From the human T2T-CHM13v2.0 reference genome, Homo sapiens: a stretch of 64,000 nucleotides of DNA. The stretch lies in assembly GCF_009914755.1 (NCBI RefSeq), contig NC_060928.1. One strand, 5' to 3'. A program made the translations under genes and the position numbers. Shown here piece by piece: positions 50,501-64,000 of this stretch; position 1 is the stretch's first letter, and every line of letters begins with the position of its first letter. The notes under the pieces are model-generated. The model worked only from the letters and a program-made list of their open reading frames with translations. It was not told the DNA's origin and ran no database searches.

Positions 50501-51797
50501 CTCAGGGCATTGTTCGTGTAGGTGTCTTTAGTCTCCTTCTCAAAATGTATTTTTATCTATCTGTAGGTACACAGCTTCAAATCCTTTTTTGAGGAAGGAA
50601 TAAGCAAGACAAAAATAAACCAGATTTAAATCCTTGAAGCTTATAAGACCATTGGTATCCAAACTTATATATAAATCAGAATCACTTGGAGAACTTTACA
50701 AGAATTCTGATTCTTAGGCTCAATCTCAGATTTATGAATTCAGTGTTCATGAGGCAGATCTTGGAAATCTGTGTTTCCAATGAGTTCCATGCTATGCTCA
50801 TGCATTAAGCTGGGGGGACTCTTATGTGTTAAGCTCATAAGCACCTGGCATCTGGGTACTGCTGCAGTCAGTGATGCTCCACTACGAGGACAAAGCAACA
50901 AGTTAAGCTTGTAGTAACTGTCACTAGAAGCAGGTGGGTGATATCAAACACAAGAAGGCAACATTCTTTCCCTACATTATACATGATAACATATAGATAC
51001 TGCATTCACCAATAAGTTAATGGAACAACCGTTTAAGAAGTAACAAGTACCACAGGGTCACTTCCAAAATCCATGTGGGACACTAAAAGATGCTAATTTC
51101 TGATAAAGTTTCATCAAAAAAAATCACAGGAATTATAGATATCCAACATCTGAGAGACAATCATCAGATGCAATAAATAGGATAGATCACTTTTGGTGGT
51201 GGTGGGGAGGGTCATGTAATAGGAATTCTAAAAGAAGACTTTAAAATATTAATGATCACAATATTTGCATATATGTTCTGTAAATGAAAAATAGAATAAC
51301 TGATGATCTCTACAGGCGAGCTAAACAGTAGACTAGACACAAATGAAGGCAGATTTAGTAAATTGAAAGGCAGATCTGAGGAAATCATCCAGAATTCAGC
51401 CCAGAGAGATAAAGAGGCATATGGGGGCTGGGGGAAGAGGTGCTCTAGATTGAGTTGTTAGTAAAGGTCTTTCTGAGAAGGTGACATTTGAGTTGAGACC
51501 CAAATGACAAGGAAGATCCAGCCATGGAAAGCAATAGGGCCAGGGGTCTTGGGCATAAAAGAGAGAAGTAAAAAGGCCCTAAAGTGGGGTCAAGCTGGGC
51601 AGGAACATGTTGGCATGTTCGAAGGACAGAAAGCAGACCCCTGAGGCTCCACTCTATGAGAAGGTGCCATGAGGCAGAGGAGAGTGCTCTGCATGGAGTC
51701 AATGAGTAGAATCAGCTCAGAAAGCTGGTTAACAGGAGACATATTTCAGTTGAAGGTAAAGAAGGACTTTTTAACAAAAAGAGCTGACCATTCACTG

Positions 51798-51850
51798 ATT
51801 CATTCATTCATTCATTCATTCATTCATTCATTTGCTTGTTTATTCATTCA
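51798..51850. repeat. (TTCA)n tract at an L2 tail
   Basis: attcattcattc... followed by L2-like tacctactatatgccaggcactgtg. Confidence 0.75.
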
Positions 51851-53094
51851 CTCATTTATTTGCTCATTTTTAAGTACCTACTATATGCCAGGCACTGTGT
51901 TCAAGGCTATGGAGAATGTTGAGATGAATAAAACCCAGACACATGTGTCCTCAAGGGCCTTATATCTGAGTGAGTAAAACAGACAAGCAAGCAAGTATAA
52001 TGCCAGAACAGAAGGAAATGCTGGGTTACAAAGTAACAGTGTACTAAAGAGAGTCAGATGAAGGATCCATTTGAGAAAGCTGACTGAGACATTATGACAG
52101 GGTACATGCAGGAAGCTCACTGCACTGCACTGCATGTGTGGGGATATCAGAGAGGACCTCTGACTTCAACCAGTGGGCTCTGTGATGTGACGATTCTATA
52201 AAACCACAGGAGGCATTCATATGTCCTGGGGAGTTGGCAGCGACTAGGCTACAGCCTCCCTTCAGAGTCCAGTGGAGGAAGCAAATGTGTGAAGCAGACA
52301 ATGGCAGAGACTCCAAGCAGGGAGACGACCATGCGATGGGGAGGGGGGAAAGCCCTGGGGTATCAGAAAATGAGGGCAAAAATGGGGACACTAGTCCATG
52401 ACCTACTTAGTTCCAGACCTTTGTGAAGACAAAAGCTCCTCAATGAGAGAACACCATCCGATAGGAGAGACCAATACATACGTGACTGCCCTTGACACCA
52501 TTCACCTAGCCCCCAAGGTCATGCAGCCTTCAGTGGGGATGCACAGGGGATGTGGGAAGGTCATACTTGGGGACCATTTTGTCACTGCCCTTTCTCTCAC
52601 TCTGATCTGTAAATCAAAGAAGAACCAGCCTGACCTACTTCAAAGATTTAAAATGCCTGGAAAGTACAGAATGGGGGTTACCTGCTCTGTCATTCACTCC
52701 CCTGAATGGCCATTGTCCCAGCCCAGTCCATGACTGCCTCTTAGCTGGACCACAGAGAGTTTCCTAACCAGGCTCCCTGCCTCAGGCTGTCCCCACACAA
52801 TCCACTCTACACAGCAGCCAGAATTCCTAGGAAGCTGATGACATCCTGCCATTGTTTCAAACTACTACATGTCTTTCTCTGCTTTTAGGATGCAGCCTAA
52901 CTTAGCAAGACTTACAGAATATCCTGTCATATCTAGCCCTGCCTATGTCTTTGAGTTCATCTCTTGAAATTCAAACCCTTCTACGTCATGCAGGGACCAC
53001 ATGACCTCCTTGCAGGCTGAGCACACTGGCCTTGACCACCAAAAGCAGGGTTCGGTGTCCAGAGGGAAATAAATCATCTAGCTGTTGACCGCAA

Positions 53095-53888
53095 CCAGAT
53101 ATTTTGCCCATTTTAAAATCAGATTGTTTGTTTTTCTGTTGTTGAATTGTTTGAGTTCCTTGTATATTCTATATAGTAATGTCTTGTTGGATGTATAGTT
53201 TGCAAATATTTTCTCTCATTCTATAGATTGTCTCTTTACTCTGTTGATTGTTTCCTTTGCTGTGCAGGAACCTTTTAGTTTGATACAATCACAGTTGCAT
53301 ATTTTTGCTTTTGTTGCTTACACTTTTAAAGTCTTATCTATAAAATCTTTGCTCAGACCAATGTCCTGAAGCATTTCTCCCATGTTTTCTTCCAGCAGTT
53401 TCATCGTTTTTGTCTTACATTTAAGCCTTTCATCCATTCTTGATTTTTATAAGTGGTGAGAGATAGGGGTCTAGTTTCAATCTTCTGCGTGTGAATATCC
53501 AGTTTCCCTAGCACCATTTATTGAAGGGAATGTTCTTTCCCCAATGTATGTTCTTGGCACCTCTGTTGAAAATCAGTTGGCTGTAGATATGTGGATCTGT
53601 CTCTGTGTTCTCTATTCTGTTCCATTGATCTATATGTCTGTTTTTGTACCAGTACATACTGTTTTGGTTACCACGGTTTTGTAGTATATTTTGAAGTCAG
53701 GGGGTGTGGAGCCCCCAGCATTTTTTCCCCCCTCAGGATTGTGTTAGCTATTTGAGGTCTTTTGTGGTTCCATGTGAATTCTAGAATTTTTTTTTCTATC
53801 TCTGTAAAGAATGGCATTGGTATTTTGATAGGGACGGCATTGAATGTGTAGATCGCTTTGGGTAGTATGATAATTTTAGCAATATTAA
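53095..53888 (-). mobile_element. LINE-1 (L1M-type) ORF2 3' fragment, antisense
   Basis: tttgcaaatattttctc...ctgttgattgtttcctttgctgtgcag...ccagtttccctagcaccatttattgaag...gcattgaatgtgtagatcgctttgggtagta. Confidence 0.9.
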
Positions 53889-54527
53889 TGGAGCTGAGAT
53901 TTTATACAAGATCTGTCAGACTTCAGGATCCATGCTCTTGAGCAAGACACAGAGAAACATACATAAAAAAACCCCAAGAGAAACTGTTCATGAGAAAATG
54001 TGAACAGAGCAGGTGCTGACCAAGAACAGGTTAAACCTAGTTCAACTTAATGTGATTTTTACGGAATGCAACCTGGTTCCAATATATTTCCTCAGGGGAT
54101 AGTTAGCATTTCTCATAGGGAATTAAATCTAAAATTTAAGCCTTTTGAAAAGCTTCAAAATTTAAGAATCTCGTCAATCTGTTCCATCTGGTCACTAATT
54201 TTTATATTTTAAGTAATGTTTGTGTTTATGATCCACATTATGCTATAAACAGAATTAATGTGAATTGTGGTGTTTTTAATTAACATACTAGTTATTCCTA
54301 AGGAATTATCTAGAGTGTGTCCTTGTATAATCAGTTGAGGAAAGAGATTTTCAAAGAGAAAATGACCCCACAATAATCACCCCACTCGATCATGGCTGAG
54401 CTTGGAGTGGCCTCCCCAGTTCCTCAACCAATAACCTCTCTACCTCACCCCCTGCCAGCATTCTTCAAGAATCTTCTATGTGTGTAGCCCTGGGCAAGAA
54501 GCTTTTTTGGTGTTTGAGGGGAAATAA

Positions 54528-54980
<453 letters not shown>

Positions 54981-55463
54981 CTTCCCTTTCTGTGCCTTTC
55001 GAACTTGTGGGGTTTTCTGGCCCTTCTCAAAACCAGAACCCCCACATCGAGTATCTGTGGTGGATGGTTGCCCAAACATGGATGTGTCCTCTGATGGGGA
55101 GCCCACCAGCTGTGCCAGGGAAGTCTGTTTCATGGACAACTCCAACTATTGGGGAATTCGTTCATGAGTGAAGTTACAATGAGACTTGCTAGAATGTGTG
55201 TGAAGCCAGGGAGGGAATGCTTCACATGTCACTTACAACCCCAGCAAGGGATCCCTTTACAGAGAGGGGCCTCTCTTCAGATAGGTAAGCCTGGTTCCCT
55301 GGCTGCCTACAGGTCCATCAGAATGAGAAAACATGCAGAAAGGCCCAGCTTGGCCTGCTTCACCACTCAAGGTGGCAGGATCCATTTTGCCTGCCCCAGA
55401 TAAAAAGATGAAGAGGAAACTTGCTGCTCTCAGGCCCTGGTGGGGAACAGAAATAGAGAACCA

Positions 55464-56031
<568 letters not shown>

Positions 56032-56063
<32 letters not shown>
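56032..56063. repeat. (TG)n microsatellite
   Basis: About 16 GT units. Confidence 0.95.
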
Positions 56064-56065
<2 letters not shown>

Positions 56066-56343
56066 TTGGGGAAGACATACATGTAAGAATGAATGAATGG
56101 ATGCATGAATGAATGAGAGCAGGATACCAATTTTGCAAATGTAATAGGAAAGAATTGGAATGAGGAAAATATTTTTATAACTGCAGCAGATAGGCCTTTA
56201 TGAAGAAAAGGAGCTGGGATGAGTGTACAAAGCATTTTCAGCAGTGTTTCTACCAAATTACTTTCAAGGAAATGTATCTGTCCTTGTAAAAGGGGTATGA
56301 TGGTGAAAGAGTGCACCAGTGTTCTAAAATGCACCCAGTATTT

Positions 56344-56877
56344 TGTTTTAATAGGGTATGGTAATGTGACAGACATAGAGACAACTGTGTTTGAAAGAAG
56401 AGTTTATTACTCACAGTTCCCTAGAGGAAGGGGCATGCCACACCATGCAAGGCCACAGAGGGAAGCAGGAGGCAGAGGAGTGCAGAGAGAGCCTGGCCCA
56501 GAGCCTTTATTGTGAGTTCTGCAGGAAGAAATGGGTGAGGCAGGGGAGGCAAGCCTGAGCATGCCCAGTACTGGAGAGTTTTAAAATTGTTGCATGCTCT
56601 GGGTTATATTTTTGCATGTTCTCTAGTTGTTTGACACCTGGGCCTGGGATGACATGTGGCAGGGGAAATGTTGGCTTGGTATGTTAGATAAAGGAGGAGA
56701 CTGGAAACCTGCCAGGCTGTAGATTGTCTGGCTTGCATATGAAAGGCGTGCTCACAGGGGAGTCATTTCCATCTCTAGAAATTAGCCAGCCCTGGCAGGG
56801 GCCGTATCTCTCTGGCCAACAAGGCCCCAAGATGGCAAAACATCACAAACTATAGAAAATAAAATTTTATTAATACA
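56344..56877 (-). mobile_element. ERV solo-LTR-like element (family unassigned)
   Basis: TG...CA termini (tgttttaata ... tattaataca) and an antisense poly-A signal agtttattactcacag. Confidence 0.45.
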
Positions 56878-57891
56878 ACCAGCTTTGGAACCGACTACCT
56901 GTGTGGCCTAGGGCAAGTTACTTAACCTCTTTCTTCCTCAGTTTTCCCATCTGTAAAATGAGGATGACAACGCCTACCTTATGGGGCTGGTGTAAAGAAG
57001 GAGATACTCAGAGGCCTTAGCAATGGCAGAGCTGGCATCTGATCCTGGGAAACTACTGGAAACTCCAGACCATAGCTCCTTGATGAGGAGGAGGCCGTGT
57101 CTCTAGTGTTCTGCACAGTGCCTGGGGAATGGCAGGCAGGCAATGACTATTCTGGGAACACATTTTGAGTGAGGGTAGTGAGGGTCAGAGAAAGCTCTGG
57201 TGTGTAGAAATAGCATATACTATGAAACAGATGAACCTGTTCAATTTCCATGAGCTTCCTAATCACATGGGGAATGGAAAATACAGACGAGATAAAATGC
57301 TTTCTTCTCAAAATGCCCTAATATTTTGTTTCAATATCAAGATTCATTAGAGCCATTTCACTTTCGCTGTCCTTAACATTCCGGTCCAATTGATGGATTC
57401 GTTCAGGAGTCAGGGTCCCTTTGAATCTCATTACACTAGGGCTCCTGGGTGTATTGATCCTATTTAGAAATAAGGCAGTAAATCGTCCACAGACGTTGGG
57501 ACCAAACCTCCAGGCTGCCAAGGGAAAGAATACAGAAAGCGGGGCTTTCTCGCTGCATTGTCTGCTTTTAATTTAACTTTTAGCACAAGTTTGAATTTCT
57601 GAACCAACAATAGGTATCAACAGCTTTAAAAATGTTTATTCCCTTGGAGACAATAATTCAATTTCTGAGAATCAATCTCCAAGAAATAGTCTTCTATGAA
57701 GACAAAGATTTATAGACAATGATAGTCATCTCATTACCCCGGCAGCCCAAATGTTCAATAACAAGGGTTGAGAAAGGTTCATGCTATGTAATCATGAGAA
57801 GTAAAGTTTATGAAGACAATGATAGCATGAAAAAATGCCTACAAGACTAGATGAAAAAGTAGATAAAATTGTATATTGACTATGATTATGA

Positions 57892-58273
<382 letters not shown>

Positions 58274-60344
58274 TTTTATGGGTTTTAATGTTTTCTTAAC
58301 TGCTTTTCTCTGTGTTCTAGTTTTTCTGTAATAAGCATACATCACTTAAAATTAATTATCACGATTTGAATTTTTAATACCTATATAAGTTTACCATGTC
58401 CTCTCTTACAAAGCCAGCAGATCTATCTGAAGAAATGTGTGCGATGGTGCTTCTCATTTTTCGTTTGTTAGAAATACTTAGAGGGTATAATGTCCTATTC
58501 TATAGCATTAAAGTTATTTGTACTTGATCTCACTTGGACATAATAACCTTGAGCTTGTTTTACAAGGCTGAGTCAGTAAGTTAATGTAGCCTGGGATTTG
58601 CTTATGCACACAGAAATTCAGATAAAAGCCATTTCCATCAAATCAAAAATCAGATGAAGGTGCCATCTCATAGTCTATTTCCCTACTAGGATAAATTCTC
58701 CTGTATTTCTAATGAGTTTTAGTTTAACCTTGATTGTCTGTCTGGTCACTTCCTTAATCCAATGAGTAGCTCAGAAAGTAATTACTCTAAATTCTACACC
58801 TAAAAATATTATCTTCAATATACAGGACAGGCACCGCAAATGTCTCTGCCCTGCTTCCAGTTCAACTCTCCTCCTAACGACCCTCCAGGGAATGGCCAGA
58901 GGGATCTTTCTAGACTGTAAATCTAGTTCTGAAATACCCCCTTCCTGGGTCCACCTGCCTTAAGAGCCTCAGTGGTCCCTAGGGCCATGCCAGGACCCCC
59001 TTCATCTTGCCTGTCAACATCACCATTTCCCATCATTTTGTCCACACGCTTTAAGGTTTGATCATATCCAGTTCCTGCCATTCTCAGACACAGTTTGTTC
59101 TTGATACCGTTATGTGCACACATGCTACTAGGGAAAGACATGGTTCATTAGCCAACCAACAGCTACTCCCAGTTCCTTTCTCCTTTGTCATCTCCTAGAC
59201 TAGAGCTTGGAAAGAGGGACCTTGGCTCTCAGGTAGGAATGACCATGGGACACATTTGTGGGCATCCCTGGCCAATGTATGCTGGAGGTTTGCCTTTTCC
59301 TTTCTTCTTGGGACACGGTTGTGAAGACTAAAGCCACAGCAGCCACCTTGTGACATGAGGCAGTGACCACCAGGAAGAAAGGCTAGCAAACTGAAGACAG
59401 TGGTTCTGAAGGATGGAAAGCAACTGAGTGGTCGGTAGCATCACCAAGGTACCAAACCAGCCCTGATGCCATGCACTTCAGTCTCCCTGATGAGTGGGTA
59501 ATAAACACGTGCTCGTTTCAATAGGATGTGTCCTGTTTCTTGCAGCTAAGCATCTCCTGCCTGACTCACTCTTCCATCACAGGAGGTAAGTTCAGTGCCT
59601 GGAACATTCTAGAAGCTCAATCCAGGTTACTTCCCTCTCCTCTTTTTCCTGAATGTTCCTTTTAGGCTACACTTACCTGCTGGGAAGTACACTGTACCTA
59701 GAACCATAGATTTCACTGAGATAGACCAGGTTTTGTATCTGCAGGCACAATTTGGCTGCTTGTGAAAGGAACCAAACTGAAGTTGCCTGGGCAAAAATGG
59801 CACAGGAAGGCAAGGCTAGTCCTGTAACAAGGGATGGGTGTGCAGCTACCACAGGGGCAGAGCTCAGCTCCACACAGTAGTGACCAGGGACCCAAGCATT
59901 GCCAAGAAGCCCTACCATTTTCCTGGTTCCTGTGGGCTGTGACTTCTTTCTTATTCTGTCCTGGCTTCCCTCACTGGACAGGGAACAGACGCACCAACAG
60001 CTCCTGGTTACTCTGGGGGGCCCATGCACAGAGAATCATAGTTTCAGAATGAAGAATTCCCATTGCCTTGCCTGGATTTTTTGTCTGGGTGTTGACCAAT
60101 CAACTAGGAGAGGGGTGGGGCTTAACCACGCCGAACAGACAGCCTTGGGTCCCTGCCCACCACAGAGAAGGCTGGGAGCCAGGACCTGCCCCCAGAGCTC
60201 AGACCCCAGGCACTGGGTTGTTTTCCCTCACATCGCAGCCCACTCCCTTCTTCCCCAGGACACAGAGGAGAACCAGGTTGCCTTCAGGGCAGGGTGACTC
60301 ACCCAAGGGCAAAGCTATTACTCTGCAAGTTTCTAAAAGCTGCC

Positions 60345-60695
60345 TGTCTTGGATTGGGCACCCTCAAAAGCAGAGCCTGAGACCCAGACAGGGGTGCAGG
60401 TGGTTTATTTGGGGGGAGATCCCAGAAGTAGGAGTGAGGGAGCAGGGAGGTGAGACAGGGAGGGCAGAGAAGACAATATCCAGATGGGTACTGAGGTCAC
60501 TCCTGCAGGAAATAGGGTCACGGCCCCGAGAGCACTTCTGTGAAGAGCACAGAAGGCCTCGCAGATCTTCTGCTTAGAGGACAGGAGCCTCTGCTTGAGG
60601 TGGGCACAAGCAGAGTCTGAGCTTGCCAGCAACAAAGCACTGCAGCTGAGAGCAGAGGCAGGCTGGGGACAGTGCCATCGGGCCCAAACACATCA
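60345..60695 (-). mobile_element. ERVL LTR (LTR16-like)
   Basis: tgtcttggattggg...aagcagagcctgagac...gtgcaggtggtttatttggggggagatcccagaag resembles the antisense LTR16 end. Confidence 0.55.
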
Positions 60696-61176
60696 CTATG
60701 TGGACTGAAGAGGGTGGAAATCCAGAGCTGGCTTTCCCTAGAAGTTGGAAGTTTCCCTGGTTCGACACCAAATTAGCCAAACCTAAGTAAAGATTTGGCC
60801 ACAGGAAAGTGGATCCAAGATTTCCAGATCACGTACATCATGCCTACGCTACCAGAGGCCCCCACATTTTTTGATATAATTCTCAATTTGTATGACTACT
60901 GTATCCTTATCCCACTGTTATAGATGAGGAAGCTGAGGCTCAAGAGTCATTGAGTAACTTGTCTAAAATCTGAGAAGGTGAGCTCATTCACACAGCCCTG
61001 CTTAGCCAGCCTGGGGCTGCAAAAGCTAGACATTTTAAATCTTTAAAATAAAATGTGTTTGTGAACCATAATATACAGGAAAGTATAACTGAAAAATATA
61101 CATGATCCTTCTTAAAAAGAATAACAACCTGAAGCCATTGATGCAGGAAAGTCGTAGGTTTCAATTCCTGTATTTC

Positions 61177-61471
61177 TTTTTTTTTTTTTTTTTTTTTTTT
61201 TGAGATGGAGTCTCGCTCTGTCACTAGGCTAGAGTGCAATGGCACGATCTCGGCTCACTGAAACCTTTGCCTTCCGGGTTCAAGCGATACTCCTGCCTCA
61301 GCCTCCTGAGTAGCTGGGACTACAGGCACGCACCACCACATCCAGCTAATTTTTGTATTTTTAGTAGAGACAGGGTTTCACCATGTTGGCCAGGATGGTC
61401 TCGATCTCTTGACCTCGTGATCCGCTCACCTTGGCCTCCCAAAGTGCAGGCATGAGCCACTATGCCTGGCC
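61177..61471 (-). mobile_element. Alu (AluSc-like)
   Basis: Antisense Alu; TSD aatt(c/t)ctgtatttct. Confidence 0.94.
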
Positions 61472-62555
61472 AATTTCTGTATTTCTACTGAAAGCTATAG
61501 TATGTTTCTTTCTTGAGCCTTGAAAGCACACACCCAACCCCAGAAGGCATTTAATTATCAAGCACTCCAGCATTTCAGCTGTGCCCACCCCGGTCCTGGT
61601 TTGCACAGGTCATTAGAAGTCATCCTGCCTTCGACTTCCATAAATCATCCCAGGCCAAGCAGGGGCCCAGGCGAGAGGTGGCGTGCAATTGGCACAGAAT
61701 GCAATGAGATGGGGCTGGTCATTCATCAGAGAGCCGGGGACTGGCCCGACGCAAATGACGACTAAGAAAAATGATTCTAGGGCCCCGAGGGTGAAGCAGG
61801 TAACGAAAGGGCAACATTTGATAAAGAAACTGTGCTGTCACTTCTGCTGTCAGGAAGCTCCGGGAAGAAGCCCTCAGAAACAGTAGGCCCCCCAAACTCA
61901 AAACTCAACCACAAGAAACAAAAGAGGAGGCGAGGTCATATCATACAACCACCTCCCACCGCAGCAGGGATGGTGAGCTTCAGTTATCACACAGCAGAAA
62001 GAACGTCAGCCAGTTCAAATCCAGGTAGCACAATTCACACCTCACGTCCCATTTCACAGATGGGGAAGTGGAGTCACAGAGTGGGAGGGCCTCGCTCAAG
62101 GCTCTGCATCTGTTACAGAAAGCAGTGCTGCTGGAATTCAAACCTGGGTAATTTCACTTCAGAACCACATTCCTAACTGGTCCACACCGTCACCTTTGGA
62201 AATAAAAACAACCCAATGTCCTCCCACAGTTAAGGATTTGCAAGTGGCTTAAGTGGGCTCATTCACTGGTCATGAACTGGGCTCCTGGTCTGGGTCCAGC
62301 CACAGTGGTTGCAGCCCAGAGAGGAGTGGAGCTCAGGGCTGTGCCTGGTCTGGGCTCACCTTGCGAATTTCAGAAAGAAGCTCTAAGGGAAATGAGAGAG
62401 CAAGTCACGTCTTAAGTGGGGCTTGTAAATTGACTTTTTGCTGCATCCAAGCATCCCAAAGGCATACTAAGGAAAATGATGACCTCTCTCCGCCCTTCTG
62501 CATTTAGCTACAGTACATCCTTTGCAAATGGGCCCCACTGCAGGGGTCAGCCAGG

Positions 62556-62734
62556 TGTTGCTTCTCAGCCTGGAGGCATGCCAGAACGACTGGGGAGCTG
62601 CCAAAAGTGTCCCTCCCTGGACCATTCCAGACCAAATGAATGGAGTCTCCTGGCGGGGGACCCCAGCAATGCTATCTTTTAAAGCATACCCCTCCCAGGT
62701 GGTTCTAACGTGCAACCAGGGCTGAGAATCACTG
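62556..62734. mobile_element. MER5A-like hAT MITE
   Basis: cttctcagcctgg...ctggggagct...tcccaggtggttctaacgtgcaaccagggctgagaatcactg. Confidence 0.7.
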
Positions 62735-63619
62735 GTCCAGACTGCATTCCTCTGCACAGATGGGGAAACTGAGACCCGGAGGAGTCAAAGGGCTTGCCCA
62801 AGTCTCGGTGCTTCTCAAGAGAACTTGCTGCTATGGCTCCTGGTTGGGACAGACGTGGCTCCCTCTTTCCCAGGTGGGACATTGCTAGTGAGCGGTAGCG
62901 GGGAATGCTGGGGTGTGGGGGCAACGTCAGATCGCAGGACTCCTCTCTCATTCAGGGCCCCTGGCTGTGCCATTTCCGGAGCTGAATGTATTCAGGGGCC
63001 TGTTTCCAGTTCAGAGGAGCCCCAGGCTTGAGGGTTGGCAGACCCAATGCCCGATTTCCATGGCTACCACAGCTCAGGAAGGTTCTAGAAGTCTGGATGA
63101 ACTGGCGTGGAGTGTGTATCACCTTCCAGGTGACACATTAGATCTTCTTTCACTCACTCCCTGTAGGCAGTGGACTGAGGCAGGGGCAGGTGGGGGTGGG
63201 GGGCACACCCTTTCCTAAAGGGGACTCACCTGCCTCATGCCTCAGCAGCCCCACAGAGACCGTGCAGGAGGCCATGTCGAGGACGTCTCCCAGGAAGGTT
63301 TCCCTGAGCAGCTATCAGCTGAAGCATGGGTGGAGAGGATAGCTGCTGTCTCCAGAATCTCCCTTCCAATGCAACCACCCTGACCCCAAGGCATTAACCC
63401 CAGGTCAGCAAACGCCACACTGAGACACTGAGTAGTCAGGCCTTTGCGAGGCTGGCTGCTGCAAATAAGAATTGGTGCCTACTGGGCCCTGGAGGGACCA
63501 CACCAGCTGAAACCGCTGCCATGGCAGACAAGAAAATGCTCTCTTGCTGAGCTCCCACAAAGCCCATGGGAGAAGACGCTTCACCAGAATCAACTCTGAA
63601 ATAGGGGTTTCTTCGGGCA

Positions 63620-63960
63620 CAGGTGGCCCTCCCTATCCATGGGTTCCACATCCATCGATTCAACCAACCAGGGATTGAAAATACTCAAAGAAAACTTAGT
63701 CTGTGTTCAACACGCACAGACTTTTCTTGTCATCATTCCCTCAACAACACAGTATGACAACTACTTATAGAGCATTTACATTGTATTAGGTATTATAGTA
63801 ATTATAAGTATTTTAAGTAATAGAGATGATTTACAGCACACACTGTGTAGGTTATATGCAAATGCCGTGCCATTTCCTAACAAGGACTTGAGCATCCTCA
63901 GATGTGGGTCTCCTTAGGAGGTCCTGGAAACAATGCTGCACAGATACCGGGGATAACTCT
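63620..63960 (-). mobile_element. MER2 (TcMar-Tigger MITE)
   Basis: ggccctccctatccatgggttccacatccatcgattcaaccaacc...ggaggtcctggaaacaat...cacagatacc. Confidence 0.85.
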
Positions 63961-64000
63961 ATGTGCATTAGTGTTTGTTGCATAGCAATTGGGAGCTCAG

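Overview
Mammalian (human-like, Alu-rich primate) genomic DNA containing the 5' part of CRMP1 (DPYSL1, collapsin response mediator protein 1) on the minus strand. There are two alternative coding first exons in CpG islands (long N-terminus 36349-36729; short MSYQGKKSIPHIT 31972-32010). Both splice in phase 0 to exon 2 (10401-10489), then exon 3 (4756-4940); the gene continues beyond position 1. About 27 kb of upstream sequence follows (37000-64000). The rest is intronic or intergenic DNA with 13 Alus, MaLR/ERVL LTRs, L1/L2/MIR relics, hAT, Tigger and piggyBac MITEs, and simple repeats. Almost all ORFs in the supplied track are spurious. I see no novel protein-coding system. The best leads are non-coding and are predictions from sequence only: two near-canonical REST/RE1 sites plus one flipped-half-site RE1; two in-frame microexon-like segments in intron 1; a 33-bp-stem hairpin with pri-miRNA-like geometry; a 59-bp fold-back duplication; a MEF2/E-box/palindrome cluster; and a strong minus-strand polyadenylation signature about 4.5 kb upstream of the long CRMP1 promoter.
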